Below, piece after piece: positions 25,889 to 38,785 of a DNA stretch of 64,000 bases. The stretch's first letter is position 1, and every line of letters starts with the position of its first letter. The stretch covers positions 40,734,001-40,798,000 of the forward strand of contig OX597830.1 of the NCBI GenBank assembly GCA_951406725.2, in the 5' to 3' direction. Source of the DNA: Octopus vulgaris. Lineage: Eukaryota. Position numbers and translations under genes: made by a program. Under the pieces are notes generated by a model, which searched no databases, had not been told where the DNA came from, and saw nothing but the letters and a program-made list of their open reading frames with translations.

Positions 25889-27186
25889 TACACAGAAAAG
25901 AAACACGGAGAGAAACAAGGAGAGAAAAAAAATGCGTGCAGACGCTAGCGAATCAACATATATATATACACACACATACATACATATACATGCACACCCA
26001 CTCAGAGACACACACATAGTAAAACATACACTGATCTCAGCCTCTCTCAATGTTTCTTTTGGTTCCACAGTTTCAGATTTTGAACATAGTTTAAATAAGG
26101 ATATGTTTTATAATTTGATTTGAATATCATTGCAAATAAATTTTTCTCTTTTTGTTTGTTTGTTTGTTTGGGTCTTTTTTCCCTCTGTCCCTTTCAGACT
26201 ACAAAACCACTTTAATTAGTTTAACAACACAGTGACAAGACAAAACAAGAAGGAAAATATGCTCCCTTAATTAACAAAAACAATTTTACATGACGACACT
26301 CAAAAAAATAAAGAAGATTATAAATGGAAATACGAATGTTTGAAAAAAAAGTGATGTAACTAGTGTTTTCTTTTTATACAAATAAGAGTTTATTTAAAGA
26401 CTTGTACAACATTAAGAAAAGCAACAACAAGACACTTTTACCGATAGAATGTCAAACATGGAAGTTCTTGAGTTAAACAGGTTCCTGTTCGAAATGCAAA
26501 TTTCACAGAACTGTATTAGGAAAACCTTCCCTGAAACCCACTTTGCTCTAAGATTTTCTCAAAAGAGAGGGAAAGAAAATGTTCACACACTTATGTAGGG
26601 GCATTTTGCGTAGCCCTTAAAAATGGGTTGAAACAAGCCCTAGCTTGAATTAAAATGTATTGTGAATGCAACAGAAGAGCCGCAGTGTTGCAAGTGACAT
26701 TAACCCTGCATACTGTTACCTTTGTGGAACAATATGAGTAGGTTGTGAAAACTGAAGTGATGAGGAACAACACATAGTTTGAAGTGGTCAGTGTAGACTT
26801 CCAGTTCCTGATGACCCTGCAAAATCACAAGGACATTCCAGAACTTTCCGCTTCCCACCAGTAATTTTGGTAAGAATGAGACTGTGGATAATATCCACAG
26901 TCTCGTTAGTCACACTCAGGAATCAGGCAAGAAAGTTTAATGATGGTTGCTTCTGACAGGATCTTGTGTAGGAGATGCTAAAGGATTCTACCCCCATCAC
27001 CATCCCAGGAACTATGGACAGAGAAAAACTGATAGATGAACAGCAGCTAAAGAAAAGATTTATCATTTTATTTGTAACTGGCACAACTGGAGAGATACAC
27101 AACCATTTCTGGAGGACATAAACAGGTTACTTGTAAGGAAAGACATTGGCAAGTTCCAGGAAAAACAGCAATATTAGGATCTCTCT

Positions 27187-27927
27187 GAGCAAGCACCCCG
27201 ACAATTCTGCACATAACAATTCATTGTCACCAATTTCATGTATGACAATTCACCACCAACAAGTCCATGCATGATAATTCACTGCCAACAATTCCGTGCA
27301 GGACAATTCACCACCAACAATTCCACACATGACAATTCACTGTCATTAATTTCACGTATGACAATTCACCACCAACAATTCCATGCATGATAATTCACTG
27401 CCAACAATTCCATGCAGGACAATTCACCACCAACAGTTCCATGTGTGACAATTCACTACCAGCAATTCTGTGCATGGCAATTCACCACCAACAATTCAGC
27501 GCATCGTGTTTATGTGTATATGAAATTCAATTTCATTAATTTTGTTTTCAAAATTTCTAAACTTTAGAACTTTGTCATTACAAGTTTGTTGGTATCTTAA
27601 CAACCACTGAAGAAATTTTAGTTTTTAAAAATGTTAATAGCAAAAGATATCAGTGACTAAGTGGTTATGTTTTAGATTGTTAACACTAACAACCATTGAA
27701 TAAGTGGTAGCGTTTTCAATTGTTAACAGCCCAAAAACCTTCTTTTTTTTTTTTTTTGCTATTTATATAAGTATACCACTATTTCATTACTAGTGCACCA
27801 AATGATGTCCCAAGAAGAATGATGCAAGATAAAATAAATGAAATTGAATTTCATATACACATAAACGTGATGCACAGAATTGTCAGCGCTGAATTGTCAT
27901 GCAGCACGGAATTGTCAGGTCATGCTC
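27187..27927. mobile_element. Foldback-type non-autonomous DNA transposon with internally repetitive TIRs
   Basis: Left arm carries ~10 copies of a ~29-bp unit (gacaattcaccaccaacaattccatgcat); 27500-27545 is inverted against 27830-27875; right end has inverted gaattgtc units. Confidence 0.7.
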
Positions 27928-28205
27928 TATAAGCACTGTTGGGACATTCCTACATGGTTTTTGCTAACCTTCAAAATTATTGTTGTTAATCTTAATCAAC
28001 ACTTCTAACACCGAACATTCTCATTAACCTTGAACATTAACATTTAACTAGCTTTGATGAATACTTCTAGATATGTTTACTGATGAACAATTTTGTTAAT
28101 CTTTAAACATTTTCATTAAATCATGAACATCTTTGTAAACCTTGGACATCTCTGAATACATGTTCTAATTTCTTTCGTTTGCCATGAAACAACTCCATGA
28201 ATAAA

Positions 28206-28209
<4 letters not shown>

Positions 28210-28251
<42 letters not shown>

Positions 28252-28270
28252 TAGCAACAACTTTACCGTT

Positions 28271-28304
<34 letters not shown>

Positions 28305-28406
28305 ATGGCAGCTATAATAGCAAAGGCACCAGCAGCAGCTGCTGCTGCTATGGCACCCATAACGGCAGAAATGAGAATACTGGTGATGATAGTGATGATG
28401 GATGAT

Positions 28407-28442
<36 letters not shown>

Positions 28443-28948
28443 ATAGTAAGAACAGCAAGACGACGATGGCGACACAGACGACGAAGAAAGCAAAAGTGGA
28501 GCTGCTGCCGCTAATGTTAACAGCAGAGATAACAATGACAACAAAGACATCAATGGTAGCAGTAGCTGTGATGATGACGATGACAATGATGCCGATGATG
28601 ATGAGAATGATGATGATGATGTCAATGTCTATGATAACAATGTTGGTGGTGATGACGACAATGATGATGATGATGATGATGGGGGGGTGTTGATGTGTCA
28701 ATGCTGATGATGACGACGATGACGATGAGACAATAATGATGATGATGGTGATGGTGATGATGATGGTGGTGACAGTGGTGCTGATGATGTGTCAATGATG
28801 ATGATGATGATGAAGATGTTGACAACGACAACAATGATGATGATGATGATACTGATGATGATGGTGATGATAATGATGATGGTTGTGGTGATGGTGGTGG
28901 TGTTGATGATGATGAAGATGACGATGATTGTGTTGAAGATGATGATGG

Positions 28949-28984
<36 letters not shown>

Positions 28985-29045
28985 CAGTGATGATGTCGAT
29001 GATGATGGTGATGATGATGATAACGATGATGATGATGACAATTCA
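28210..29045. repeat. Compound (CAT)n/(GTA)n/(GAT)n tract
   Basis: Direct reading. Confidence 0.95.
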
Positions 29046-29261
29046 CTGAAGCAGACCAGTGTCCATTTGATTTCCTGCTTCTTTTTCTTCTTTTTTTTTT
29101 GTGCTGCTTGTTTTGCTCCACCACCCCGACCCCACCCACACCCACGCCCACCCCACGCTCAGACACCAAACTGATTATATAAATTGGTTTGCTCTGTTCT
29201 AATCGCTATGAAATAAAATCTTCAAAGTAACTATCAGATAATTAATTACAAAACCAGATAC

Positions 29262-29262
29262 A

Positions 29263-29311
<49 letters not shown>

Positions 29312-29457
29312 GCAACAACAACAATAACAATAATAATGATGATGATGATGATGATGATACTAACAATAATAATAATGATGATGATGATGATAATAATAAT
29401 AATAACAACAACAATAACAATAATGATGATGATGATAATGATAATAACAAAAGTGAC

Positions 29458-29511
<54 letters not shown>

Positions 29512-29564
29512 CATAATAATAAATTAGTTACATTTGATATCTATTATATTACATTCTTATATCA

Positions 29565-29606
<42 letters not shown>

Positions 29607-29610
29607 CATA
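29262..29610. repeat. (AAT)n/(GAT)n then (ATT)n tract
   Basis: Direct reading. Confidence 0.95.
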
Positions 29611-30521
29611 TTTTATGTTGTTACATTGTATATGATATCAGGTTTTATATCTGTTGTGAAAACAATTTCTTTCAAAGAGAGAATAGATTGAAGAGACGAA
29701 CATGAAAATTCTGAAATTATTCACATGATAATATGGGAAGAGGTGGGCATGGGGCAAATAAAAGCATGTGTGTGCGTGTGTGTGTGTTTGTGTGTGTCTG
29801 TGTGTGTGCAGATGCGTGTGTGTGTTTGTGTGTGTTAGAATATATATGGTCGTACGATAAGAAATACATTCTACAAGAGGCAATACCATAAAGACATGCT
29901 AAGTGTGGGGAAGGTGCTTGCTTCCCAACCACCTGGTTCCGGGATCAGTCCCACTGCGTGGCACCTTGCTCCTGGATTGACCAAAGCCTTGGGAGCGGAT
30001 TTGATAGACAGCATTGAAAAAAATCTCATCATGTGCATGTGTGTATATGTGCTTGTGTGTGTGTGTGTGTTACTCTCTCCTTGCTTTGACATAATGTGAT
30101 AGTTGTAAACAAGTGTCACCTTTATGCAAGCATTGTCTTTCATTTCCAATCTTCCATGAAAACATGTCCGGTCATGGGGAAGTATTACCTCACTTGGAAA
30201 CAGGTGAGGGTTAGCAACAGGAAGGGCATCCAGCCATAGATAAAGCCACAGTAGCAACAATAATACAATCAAGTCAAAAATAACGCTTCTATGTTGTCAC
30301 TCAATTCACTAGATATAGCAGCTAAAACTCCTTTGAATCACACCCTACTGTCATAGAAAAGGAAACATTGGATAACATAAACTTGGATTCACTGGATGGA
30401 TTCTGGCTGCAACAGCTCTGATCATTGGCCTGCTCAATTTGGGTGAACCTAGGGTTAAATAAACAACAATACCACTACCATCACCCCTTGTAATATAAAC
30501 CAATAATAACAATGCTTCCAC

Positions 30522-31017
30522 CAGGGCTTTGGAGTCAGAGTCGTGGAATGAGAGTCAGAGTTGTCGAGTTGGAATCAAGAAGTCACAGTCAGGAAGTCAG
30601 AGTCGTGGAGTCAGAGTTGTGGAGTCGGAGTCGTAGAGTCAGAGTTGTGGAGTTGGAGTCGTAGAGTCAGAGTTGTGGAGTTGGAGTCGGTGTTGTGGAG
30701 TTGGAGTCGGAGTTGTGAAGTCGGAATTGTAGAGTCACGGAGTCAGAGTTGTGGAGTTGTGAAGTCAGAATTGTGGAGTCAGAGTCAGGGTCAGAAACAA
30801 TTACAGGGTAGCTGGAGTCAGAGTTGGCATCAGTAAAACTATACTAATTCCGACTCACAATATCTTTATTCTTTAATATAAACCAGTTATAACATATAGG
30901 CCTACTCAAAGTACAAGCGTATGCATATGCTTTATGAGATATTTAGACCACAATCACTTGATTACATAAAGAGGAGTCAGAGTCGGAGTCGAAGTTTTTT
31001 GCTTTCACTCCACAGCC
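30522..31017 (+). mobile_element. hAT-like MITE with (GGAGTC)n subterminal array
   Basis: Starts cagggctttggagtc, ends actccacagcc; internal region inverted-homologous to 37009-37296. Confidence 0.75.
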
Positions 31018-31259
31018 ACAAAGTCACTCAAAACTGCTAAAAATAGAAATACAAGATTTTGGACTAACGGACTGAAGAGTGGGACCTTGGAGACTTTGGG
31101 CCGAAATCTTTCAAATGCAAGACATCGACAGCACACTTGGTGGTCATGGCTCACTGGACAACAGATATGTCATTGCTATGAATGTCCATAAGTTATATTT
31201 CTCTCAAGGAACAGATGAAGTGTGTTAAATTAGACATTTCCATATAAAAATATACGTTA

Positions 31260-31665
31260 GTGGTGATAGTGGTGGTAGTAGTACAAGGAGTGGAAGTGCT
31301 GGTGGTGTTAGTGATAATAATTGTGATGACAAAGAAGAGGAAAGAGAAGATGGATGATGATGCTGGTAATAATGATGAAGTTGTTGTTGGTGGTGGTGGT
31401 GCTAGTATCATAATGCTGGTGGTGCTATGAATGATAATGGGAGTGATGATTACAATGTTGATGAACATGATGATGATAATGGCTACAATGATGATGATGA
31501 TGATGATAACGGAGAATATGACGATGATGATTACAACACTGATGATGATGATGATGACGACGACGATGACGCCAATGATGATGATGATGCTGATGATAAT
31601 GACAATGATAACTGATGATGATGATGGTGAGGATGATTGTTGAAATGATAACAATAATGATGATA
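31260..31665. repeat. (GAT)n/(GGT)n low-complexity tract
   Basis: Direct reading. Confidence 0.9.
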
Positions 31666-31996
31666 TTCACTCTTATTTTCCTTTTGTTCTTGTTTTGTGT
31701 TTTTTCTTTCCATTCTCCCTAAATAGAGACTGTGCTATTCTCAAGAGACTTCATATCTCCATTTTACATCAATGTGTGTGTGTACGCCAAAGCAATGAGG
31801 CTCACTCCAATGTGGTCACTCCTATTGCCAAAAATAATAATCAAATCCCATCCACAGCAAAGGAAGGATAGATTAAAAAATGATAGATTGGATTAAATAC
31901 ATCGTCATCATCATCATCATTTAACGTCTGCTTTCCATGCTGGCATGGGTTAGACACTACATTAGAATTTATTTCAAAATTGTTTAACATCTAAGA

Positions 31997-32329
31997 CAGT
32001 GGTTCCCAAACCTTTCCAGGCTGCCACCCCTTTGGTTCTGAAGCCACATTCCTAGTGACACCACCCATCCCCATCCACCACCACCACCACCACCACTCAG
32101 CATCACAAACGTAGACCATTTTCTGCAGCAAATTCAAAACAACAGTATTTCACAATTAAAAAAAAACTTTGCCTAATTAACCCTTTATTTGGTTAGCATA
32201 ATGTTTTTACATTTATTGCCCTATTTTGGTCACCCCATAATCGCCACAGCTTTCTTCAACGCCCCCCCCCCCACCGGATCTTTCCACTGCCCCCAGTGGG
32301 ATCAGAACTGCCTACTTTGGGAACCACTG
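31997..32329. mobile_element. hAT (Charlie-like) MITE
   Basis: 14-bp TIR cagtggttcccaaa / tttgggaaccactg with perfect 8-bp TSD ATCTAAGA (31989-31996, 32330-32337). Confidence 0.92.
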
Positions 32330-32597
32330 ATCTAAGATTACATCTCTGAATTAGTTATTCTTTAACAGTTTCTATTTCCCTAAAAGCACAAAATAGGGAG
32401 TAGTAAACAGTCAACAACTGATGAGGTGTCATCATCTTTTGATATTTTGTCCTTTAATTTTCTCTCATTTATTTCTCACTCGTTGTTGATCTCCTGTACT
32501 TATTGTGTATGTTTTGGTATTTTGTAATGTACTTATCTCACGTGTTTACATATTTTTCAATTGCTCGTTATGTCCCATACACAATGTGTATTTTTTA

Positions 32598-32638
<41 letters not shown>

Positions 32639-32695
32639 CGTTTTGGGATTTGGTTTGCAAGATTCTTTATGTGAGTTCGTGTGTTGAAGCATATT

Positions 32696-32951
32696 CTGTT
32701 GTATCTGGGGAGAGTCATTCTCTTTTAGTGCCTTATAATTTAACACACGCACCGGTAAAAATTTCCACTCACTTCCTTCTTTATTTTTCAAAAATTTTCG
32801 TTGCACCTTGCAACCTTTCCAATAGTTTTGAAAAGGTTGCAAGACACAATAAAAATTTTAGAAAAATAAAGAAGGAAATGAGTGGAAATTTTACCAGTGA
32901 GTCTTAAATTATAAGGCAATAAAAGAGAATGACTCTTCCCAGACACAACAG
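32696..32951. repeat. Imperfect ~125-bp-arm palindrome of a putative Penelope-like 3' end, centred on hammerhead-like motifs
   Basis: ctgttgtatctggggagagtcattctc... versus ...gagaatgactcttcccagacacaacag; centre gcaacctttccaatagttttgaaaaggttgc. Confidence 0.8.
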
Positions 32952-33423
32952 TATATATAAATATATATATAGGACTTCTCCCTTCAAACTTTCCATATGC
33001 TCTTGTGAGTTTTAATATTTGTGCATCTGATGCAACGAACCAATTATGTATGTACAAATTTATATGATTTAAATACCACTGAATATGTATTGCTTCAATG
33101 CGTATGTTTACCGCTCATATCGAAAAATTTATTTTATGTATATATCTTTATGAAGCATTTAATGGATTGAAATTTTACTTTTCATATATGGATTGATAAC
33201 CTAGAATTTTGTCCCACATCCAAAATTTTCCATAATATTCCAATAGCTCTATTAACTTTGAACACTAAATAATTGTGCTATAAACAGAATATAATTCTCC
33301 TTATTCATTATATACATATATATTAATAATAATAATGACAACAAAATAATGAAGAAACCTCAATTTTATGTAAATAGAGGAATTTATCTATAAATATATA
33401 ATGTGACAATTAGTTGGTTGTCA

Positions 33424-33486
33424 TAATAAAACTCAGAGTTTCGGACGCCAGAGCTGAAGTCTGCTCCGGCATCTCATCAGTTATTA
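33424..33486 (-). ncRNA. Type-I hammerhead ribozyme with intact core
   Basis: taataa-CTGATGA-GATGCCGGAGC-agacttca-GCTCTGGCGTC-C-GAAA-CTCTGAG-TT-ttatta: 6-bp helix I, 11-bp helix II, short helix III, GUU site. Confidence 0.75.
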
Positions 33487-33639
33487 AGACAAACAAAAAA
33501 TGGTATGAAAAAACAAACCATTGAATAAAGGGAAATTACTCCAATAGGTGTAGGGAAAGTAAAACTTTGTTCATAGAATCTGCATATGCACACATGTACG
33601 TATATACATACATGTATGCACACACACACACACACACGC

Positions 33640-33696
<57 letters not shown>

Positions 33697-34164
33697 CATA
33701 CATACTCACACAAGCATGTACATATACATACAAACACACACATATATGTCTATACATACGTAAACATACATGCATGCATACATACTACAACACACTCATA
33801 CATGCACATACACACATAGTTATAGCCATGCACGCATCATTATGTTCATATACAGATCTCTATACGCACATGCACATACATATGCAAATAGACATATACA
33901 CAAATAAAAACACATAAACCGTAAAACATTCACATTCGCCACAAAACTTGTACAAACCCCCTCCTCGTCAACAGCCATATGGACCCTGGTTGACAACCAC
34001 TGAACTACACTACCTACCAAAATGTGCTACTTCCTAACCACATGGTTCCAGGTTCAGTCCCACTGTGTGTCAACTTGGGAAAGTGTCTACTACTATAGCC
34101 TCAGGCCAACCAAAGCCATGTGAGTGGATTTGGTAGGCAGAAACAGAAAGAAGCCGCACCATAC

Positions 34165-34209
<45 letters not shown>

Positions 34210-34220
34210 GAAATGGATAA

Positions 34221-34461
34221 ATGAATTATCTTGTTACGGATTATTCAAATTATAACCGATACCTGGGTAGCAAAAATCACAGCAGAAAAATCACAGTTGA
34301 GGTTACGACCATGGGGTATCGCAACCATGCCTTAGTGCGGATAATTGAAGTTTTATATTTAGTGAGGGAAGAAATGGAGCTGAACGAAGATTTTACAAAA
34401 TTCCTTTTTATTATTTTCTACACATGTTTCAAAGGCTGCATTTCTTCCCTCACTAAATATA
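34221..34461 (-). mobile_element. Truncated copy of the 56020-56614 family with short terminal inversion
   Basis: taaccgatacctgggtagcaaaaatcacagc shared with 56054-56085; tatatttagtgagggaagaaatg inverted at ~34439-34461; keeps only the GAAACATGTGTA half of the hammerhead. Confidence 0.7.
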
Positions 34462-34534
34462 TATATATATATATACTTAATAAGTGTAAGCACCTGTATA
34501 TGCCATTCTTTTGTGTTCTGTTTTTAATTTTATT

Positions 34535-34595
<61 letters not shown>

Positions 34596-35324
34596 TATGT
34601 CTTTGTGTCTGTGCTTGTCCCCTGCCACTGTTTGGCAACCGGTGTTGGTATGTTTACATCCCCATTACTTAACAGTTTGGCAAAAAAGAGTGACAGAATA
34701 AGTACCAGACTTGGCAAAAATATCAAGTACTGGAGTCAATTCATTTGACTAAACCTTTTTCAAGGTGCTGCCCCAGCATGGCCACCATCTAATGACTGAA
34801 ACAAGTTTAAAGATAAAAGAGAAAAGGTATCATTATTACTATCATTTAACATCCACTTCTCCATGCTTGCATCTGTCTAACAGAATTTGTTCATGCAGAT
34901 TTTCTACAGCTGGATGCCCTTCCTGTCACCAACTCTCACCTGTTTCCAAGCAAAGTAATATTTTCCCATGACCAAACAAGTTTTTCTTACAAACAACTAG
35001 AAACAAATGACATCACTCATATCATGATGACGCTCACTTACAACCATCACATAGTGTCAAGACAAGGCTACACACACACACACACAGAGTCAATATACAG
35101 TAGAAGACAAGCCCATGATGCCACGCAGTGGGACTGAACCTGAGAACACACATGGTCTGGAAAGTAGCACCAGCACCACCACATAAACTTTAACAGCTAA
35201 GCCTACACCGACACACATATATACTTATATATGTATATATATATACACACATTCACTTATATATATACATACATATATATATATATATACACATTCACAT
35301 ATATATATACATACATACATACAT

Positions 35325-35360
<36 letters not shown>

Positions 35361-37008
35361 CATATATATATATATACATATATATATGCACACACATACA
35401 TATAGATAAATATATACACTAACGCTCACACACATATACACACACATATACATACACGTATATAAATCTATACAGTGTGAGTAATAATTTTGGGTTTCCA
35501 ATCCAAAGTGACATTAGGCGCCATAAGCAACAATTTCAAAGAGAAAAGAGCCCACTTATAAGAATTGAATGATGTATCTCTCAATTGCTATGGTGAAAGC
35601 ATTACCAATTACACTACAGAACACCTACCAATCTTTCCTTCCTGTCAAATTAGATATGCTCAGTTTATTTTTCTGCTATTTTTCTTAGCTGCGCTAATTT
35701 ATCTTTGCAAGATAATTGGTCAGTCATGGACAGAACATAAGCAGGATAAGTAATGTCCAGCACAGGAGAAAAAATGTCCCACCTCTATTTGATGCGTCCA
35801 GCTAGAAATAACCTGCTGAATTGAATTACACATCAATTAACTTGAAGACTTCCAGCATGGAATTGTATAGGCATGATGCCAGTGCCACCAGACTCGTTCT
35901 CCATGCCGGTAGCATGTAAAATGTACCATCTGAACATGGTCAATGCCAGTACTGCCTGACTGGTACCTTGCCAGTGGCACGTGAAAAGCACCCACTACTC
36001 TCTCAGAGAGGTTAGCATTAGGAAGGGCATCCAGCTGTAGAAATATTGCCAGATTTGATTGGAGCCTGGTGCAGCCTACTGGTTAGCCAGTCCTCAGTTA
36101 AACCGTCAAACCTATTCCAGCATGGAAAATGGACATGATGATGATGATGAAGAATAGCTGTGTGGTAGAGAAGCTTGCCTTGTAACCAAATGGTTTGCGG
36201 TTCAGTTCCATTGTGCAGCACCTCGGGCAAATGTCTTCTGCTATAGACCCAGGCTGACCAATGCCTTGCAAGTGGCTTTGCTGAACAGAAACTGAGCAGA
36301 AACTCATCATCTGTGTGTGTGTATGCATGTGTGTATCACACATACTGCTGCCCACTGCTCACAACTGGTGTTGGTTTATATATGTCCCCACAACTTAGCA
36401 ATACGGCAAAAGAGACAGATATAATAAGAACCAGACTTTAAAAAGAAACATGTGTAATGGATGGAGTCGAGGCAGTGCCCCAGCATGGCCACATTCTAAT
36501 GACTGAAATTAGTAAACAATAAAAGATTTGGCATCATAAATGGCAAGTATATTCTATCTGAAATTCTTGAAATTTCTATCTCTCCAATATAATTCTTTAG
36601 TTACATTTGTATTAAGTTAAGTCATACCGGCTCATAAGGGCCACATTTCTGGTTTCGTGGCATATGAATTCCTCACCTGGGTGGGACGCCAGTTTGTCGC
36701 AGGATTACTCATTTTTGTCAGTTGAGTGAGCTGGAGAATGTGAAATGAAGTGTTTTGCTCAAGAACACAATGCATCACCCAGCCCAGGAATCAAAACCAC
36801 AATCTTACAACCATGAGTCCAATGCCGTTAACCACTAAGCCACATGCCTTCAAGGCAGTGTCCCAGTATGGCTGCAGTCCAATGGCTGGAACAAGTAAAA
36901 GATAAAAGATTTGGCATCATAAATGCCTTTTATATTCTATCTGAAATTCTTGCAATTTCTATCTCTACAATATAATTCCTTTATTACATTAGTATAATGT
37001 ATAATAAC

Positions 37009-37296
37009 CACGGCTGTGGAATCGAAACAAAAAAATCCAACTCTGACTCTGACTCCTCTACTATTGGCACCTCCGACTATGACTCCTCTTTATGTAATTA
37101 AGTGATTGTGGTCTACACATCTCATAAATGCATATGCATACGCTTGTACTTTGTGTAGGCCTATATGTTATACAACTAGTTTATATTAACGAATAATGAT
37201 ATTGTGAGTCGGAGTGGGTATAGTTTTACTGACTCTGACTCTGACTCCAGCTACCCCTCAATTGTTCCCGACTCTAACTCCGACTCCACAGCCCTG
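37009..37296 (-). mobile_element. hAT-like MITE, (GACTCC)n family
   Basis: TIR cacggctgtggaatc / gactccacagccctg; 8-bp TSD ataataac / attataac (7 of 8). Confidence 0.8.
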
Positions 37297-37680
37297 ATTA
37301 TAACTACACATATTTTGAACATTCCTATGGTACTGTTGGTAGCCTTGTCCCTGTTTACCCAGCAATGCACAGGAAGAAAGAGTGATAGAAAGTTGTGGTG
37401 AAAGAGCACAGCAGGGTTTTCTACCACCTCCTGCTGGAGTCTCATGGAGCTTTAGATGTTTTCGCTCAATAAACGCTCACAACGCTTGGTCTGGGACTCG
37501 AAACTGCAATCCTACAACCACGAGTCCGCTGCCCTAACCGCTGGGCCATTGCACCTCCACTTCCTTAAAACAATAGGTATATATAAAGCCTATAGTTTAT
37601 ATCCATTTAAAAGAAGAAAAAAAATGGAGATTAGGAAGTCAATAACTGTTTATTATTAACAATGAATTGATCATCTTCGC

Positions 37681-37776
37681 TTCTTACAGCTGTTTTAATT
37701 AATACTCAGTAATTGAATTACAAATTTGTACGTTAAATTCACATTTATGTAACATGAGTATAATTTCATCAGAAGG
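37681..37776 (-). ncRNA. Degenerate type-I hammerhead motif with long loop II
   Basis: cctt-CTGATGA-aattatactca...tgagtattaatt-AAAA-CAGCTG-TA-agaa; G12 mutated; sister of 24196-24277. Confidence 0.55.
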
Positions 37777-37838
37777 AAAAAGATATACCTTTGGATGTTA
37801 TATGTGGGCTTACCAATTCATTTTAGCAGATATAACAT

Positions 37839-37885
<47 letters not shown>

Positions 37886-38306
37886 TAGATAGATAGATAG
37901 ATAGATGGATGGATGGAAGGATGGATGGATGGATGGATGGATGGATGGATGGATGGATGGATGGGTGGGTGGGTGGGTGGGTGGGTGGGTAGATGATACA
38001 AAACGTAAGGCAACAAGCTGGCAGAATTGTTAGCATGCCAGGCGAAGTGCTTAGTGGTATTTCGTCTGACATTATCTTCTGAGATCAAATTCTGCTGAGG
38101 TCGACTTTGCCTTTCTTCCTTTCGGGGTCAATTAAATAAGTACTAGTTACGCACTGGGGTCAATGTAATTGACTTAATCCCTTTGTTTGTCCCCGCTATG
38201 TTTAGCCCCCTGCGGGCAATAAAGAAATGAATATATAAAACATAACATAACACACACACATATATATATATATATGTCTGCATATATCTAAGAGTGTTTG
38301 TGTGTG

Positions 38307-38668
38307 TGGAGGCACAATGGCCCAGTGGTTAGGGCAGTAAACTTGTGGTTGTAGGATCGCAGTTTCGAGTCCCAGACCGGGCGTTGTGAGTGTTTATTGA
38401 GCAAACACACCTAAAGCTCCAGCAGAGGGTGGTGGTGAATCCTGCTGTACTCTTTCACCACAACTTTCTCTCACTCTTTCTTCATGTTTCTGTTCTACCT
38501 GTATTTCAAACGACCAGCCTTGTCACACTCTGTGTCATGCTGAATCTCCTTGAGAACTACGTTAAGGGTACACGTGTCTATGGAGTGCTCAGCCACTTGC
38601 ACATTAATTTCACGAGCAGGCTGTTCCATTGATCAGAACCCTCGTCGTCGTAACCGACGGAGTGCCAC
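38307..38668 (+). mobile_element. tRNA-derived SINE (14141 family)
   Basis: Homologous to 14141-14506. Confidence 0.85.
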
Positions 38669-38737
38669 ATTTGTGTGTATTCATGCATGTAAGATCTAGA
38701 TGTTTAAATCTGTGCATCTCTACATGTATATGTAAGT

Positions 38738-38785
<48 letters not shown>

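Noticed and set aside
27200-27500. Regular ~29-bp repeats resembling a CRISPR array
   Set aside because: No unique spacers, eukaryotic context; they are transposon TIR subrepeats
28121-29527. Long S-, H- and M-rich ORFs
   Set aside because: Microsatellite translations
31070-31115. CTGAAGA...GAAA spacing
   Set aside because: Helices I and II cannot be paired
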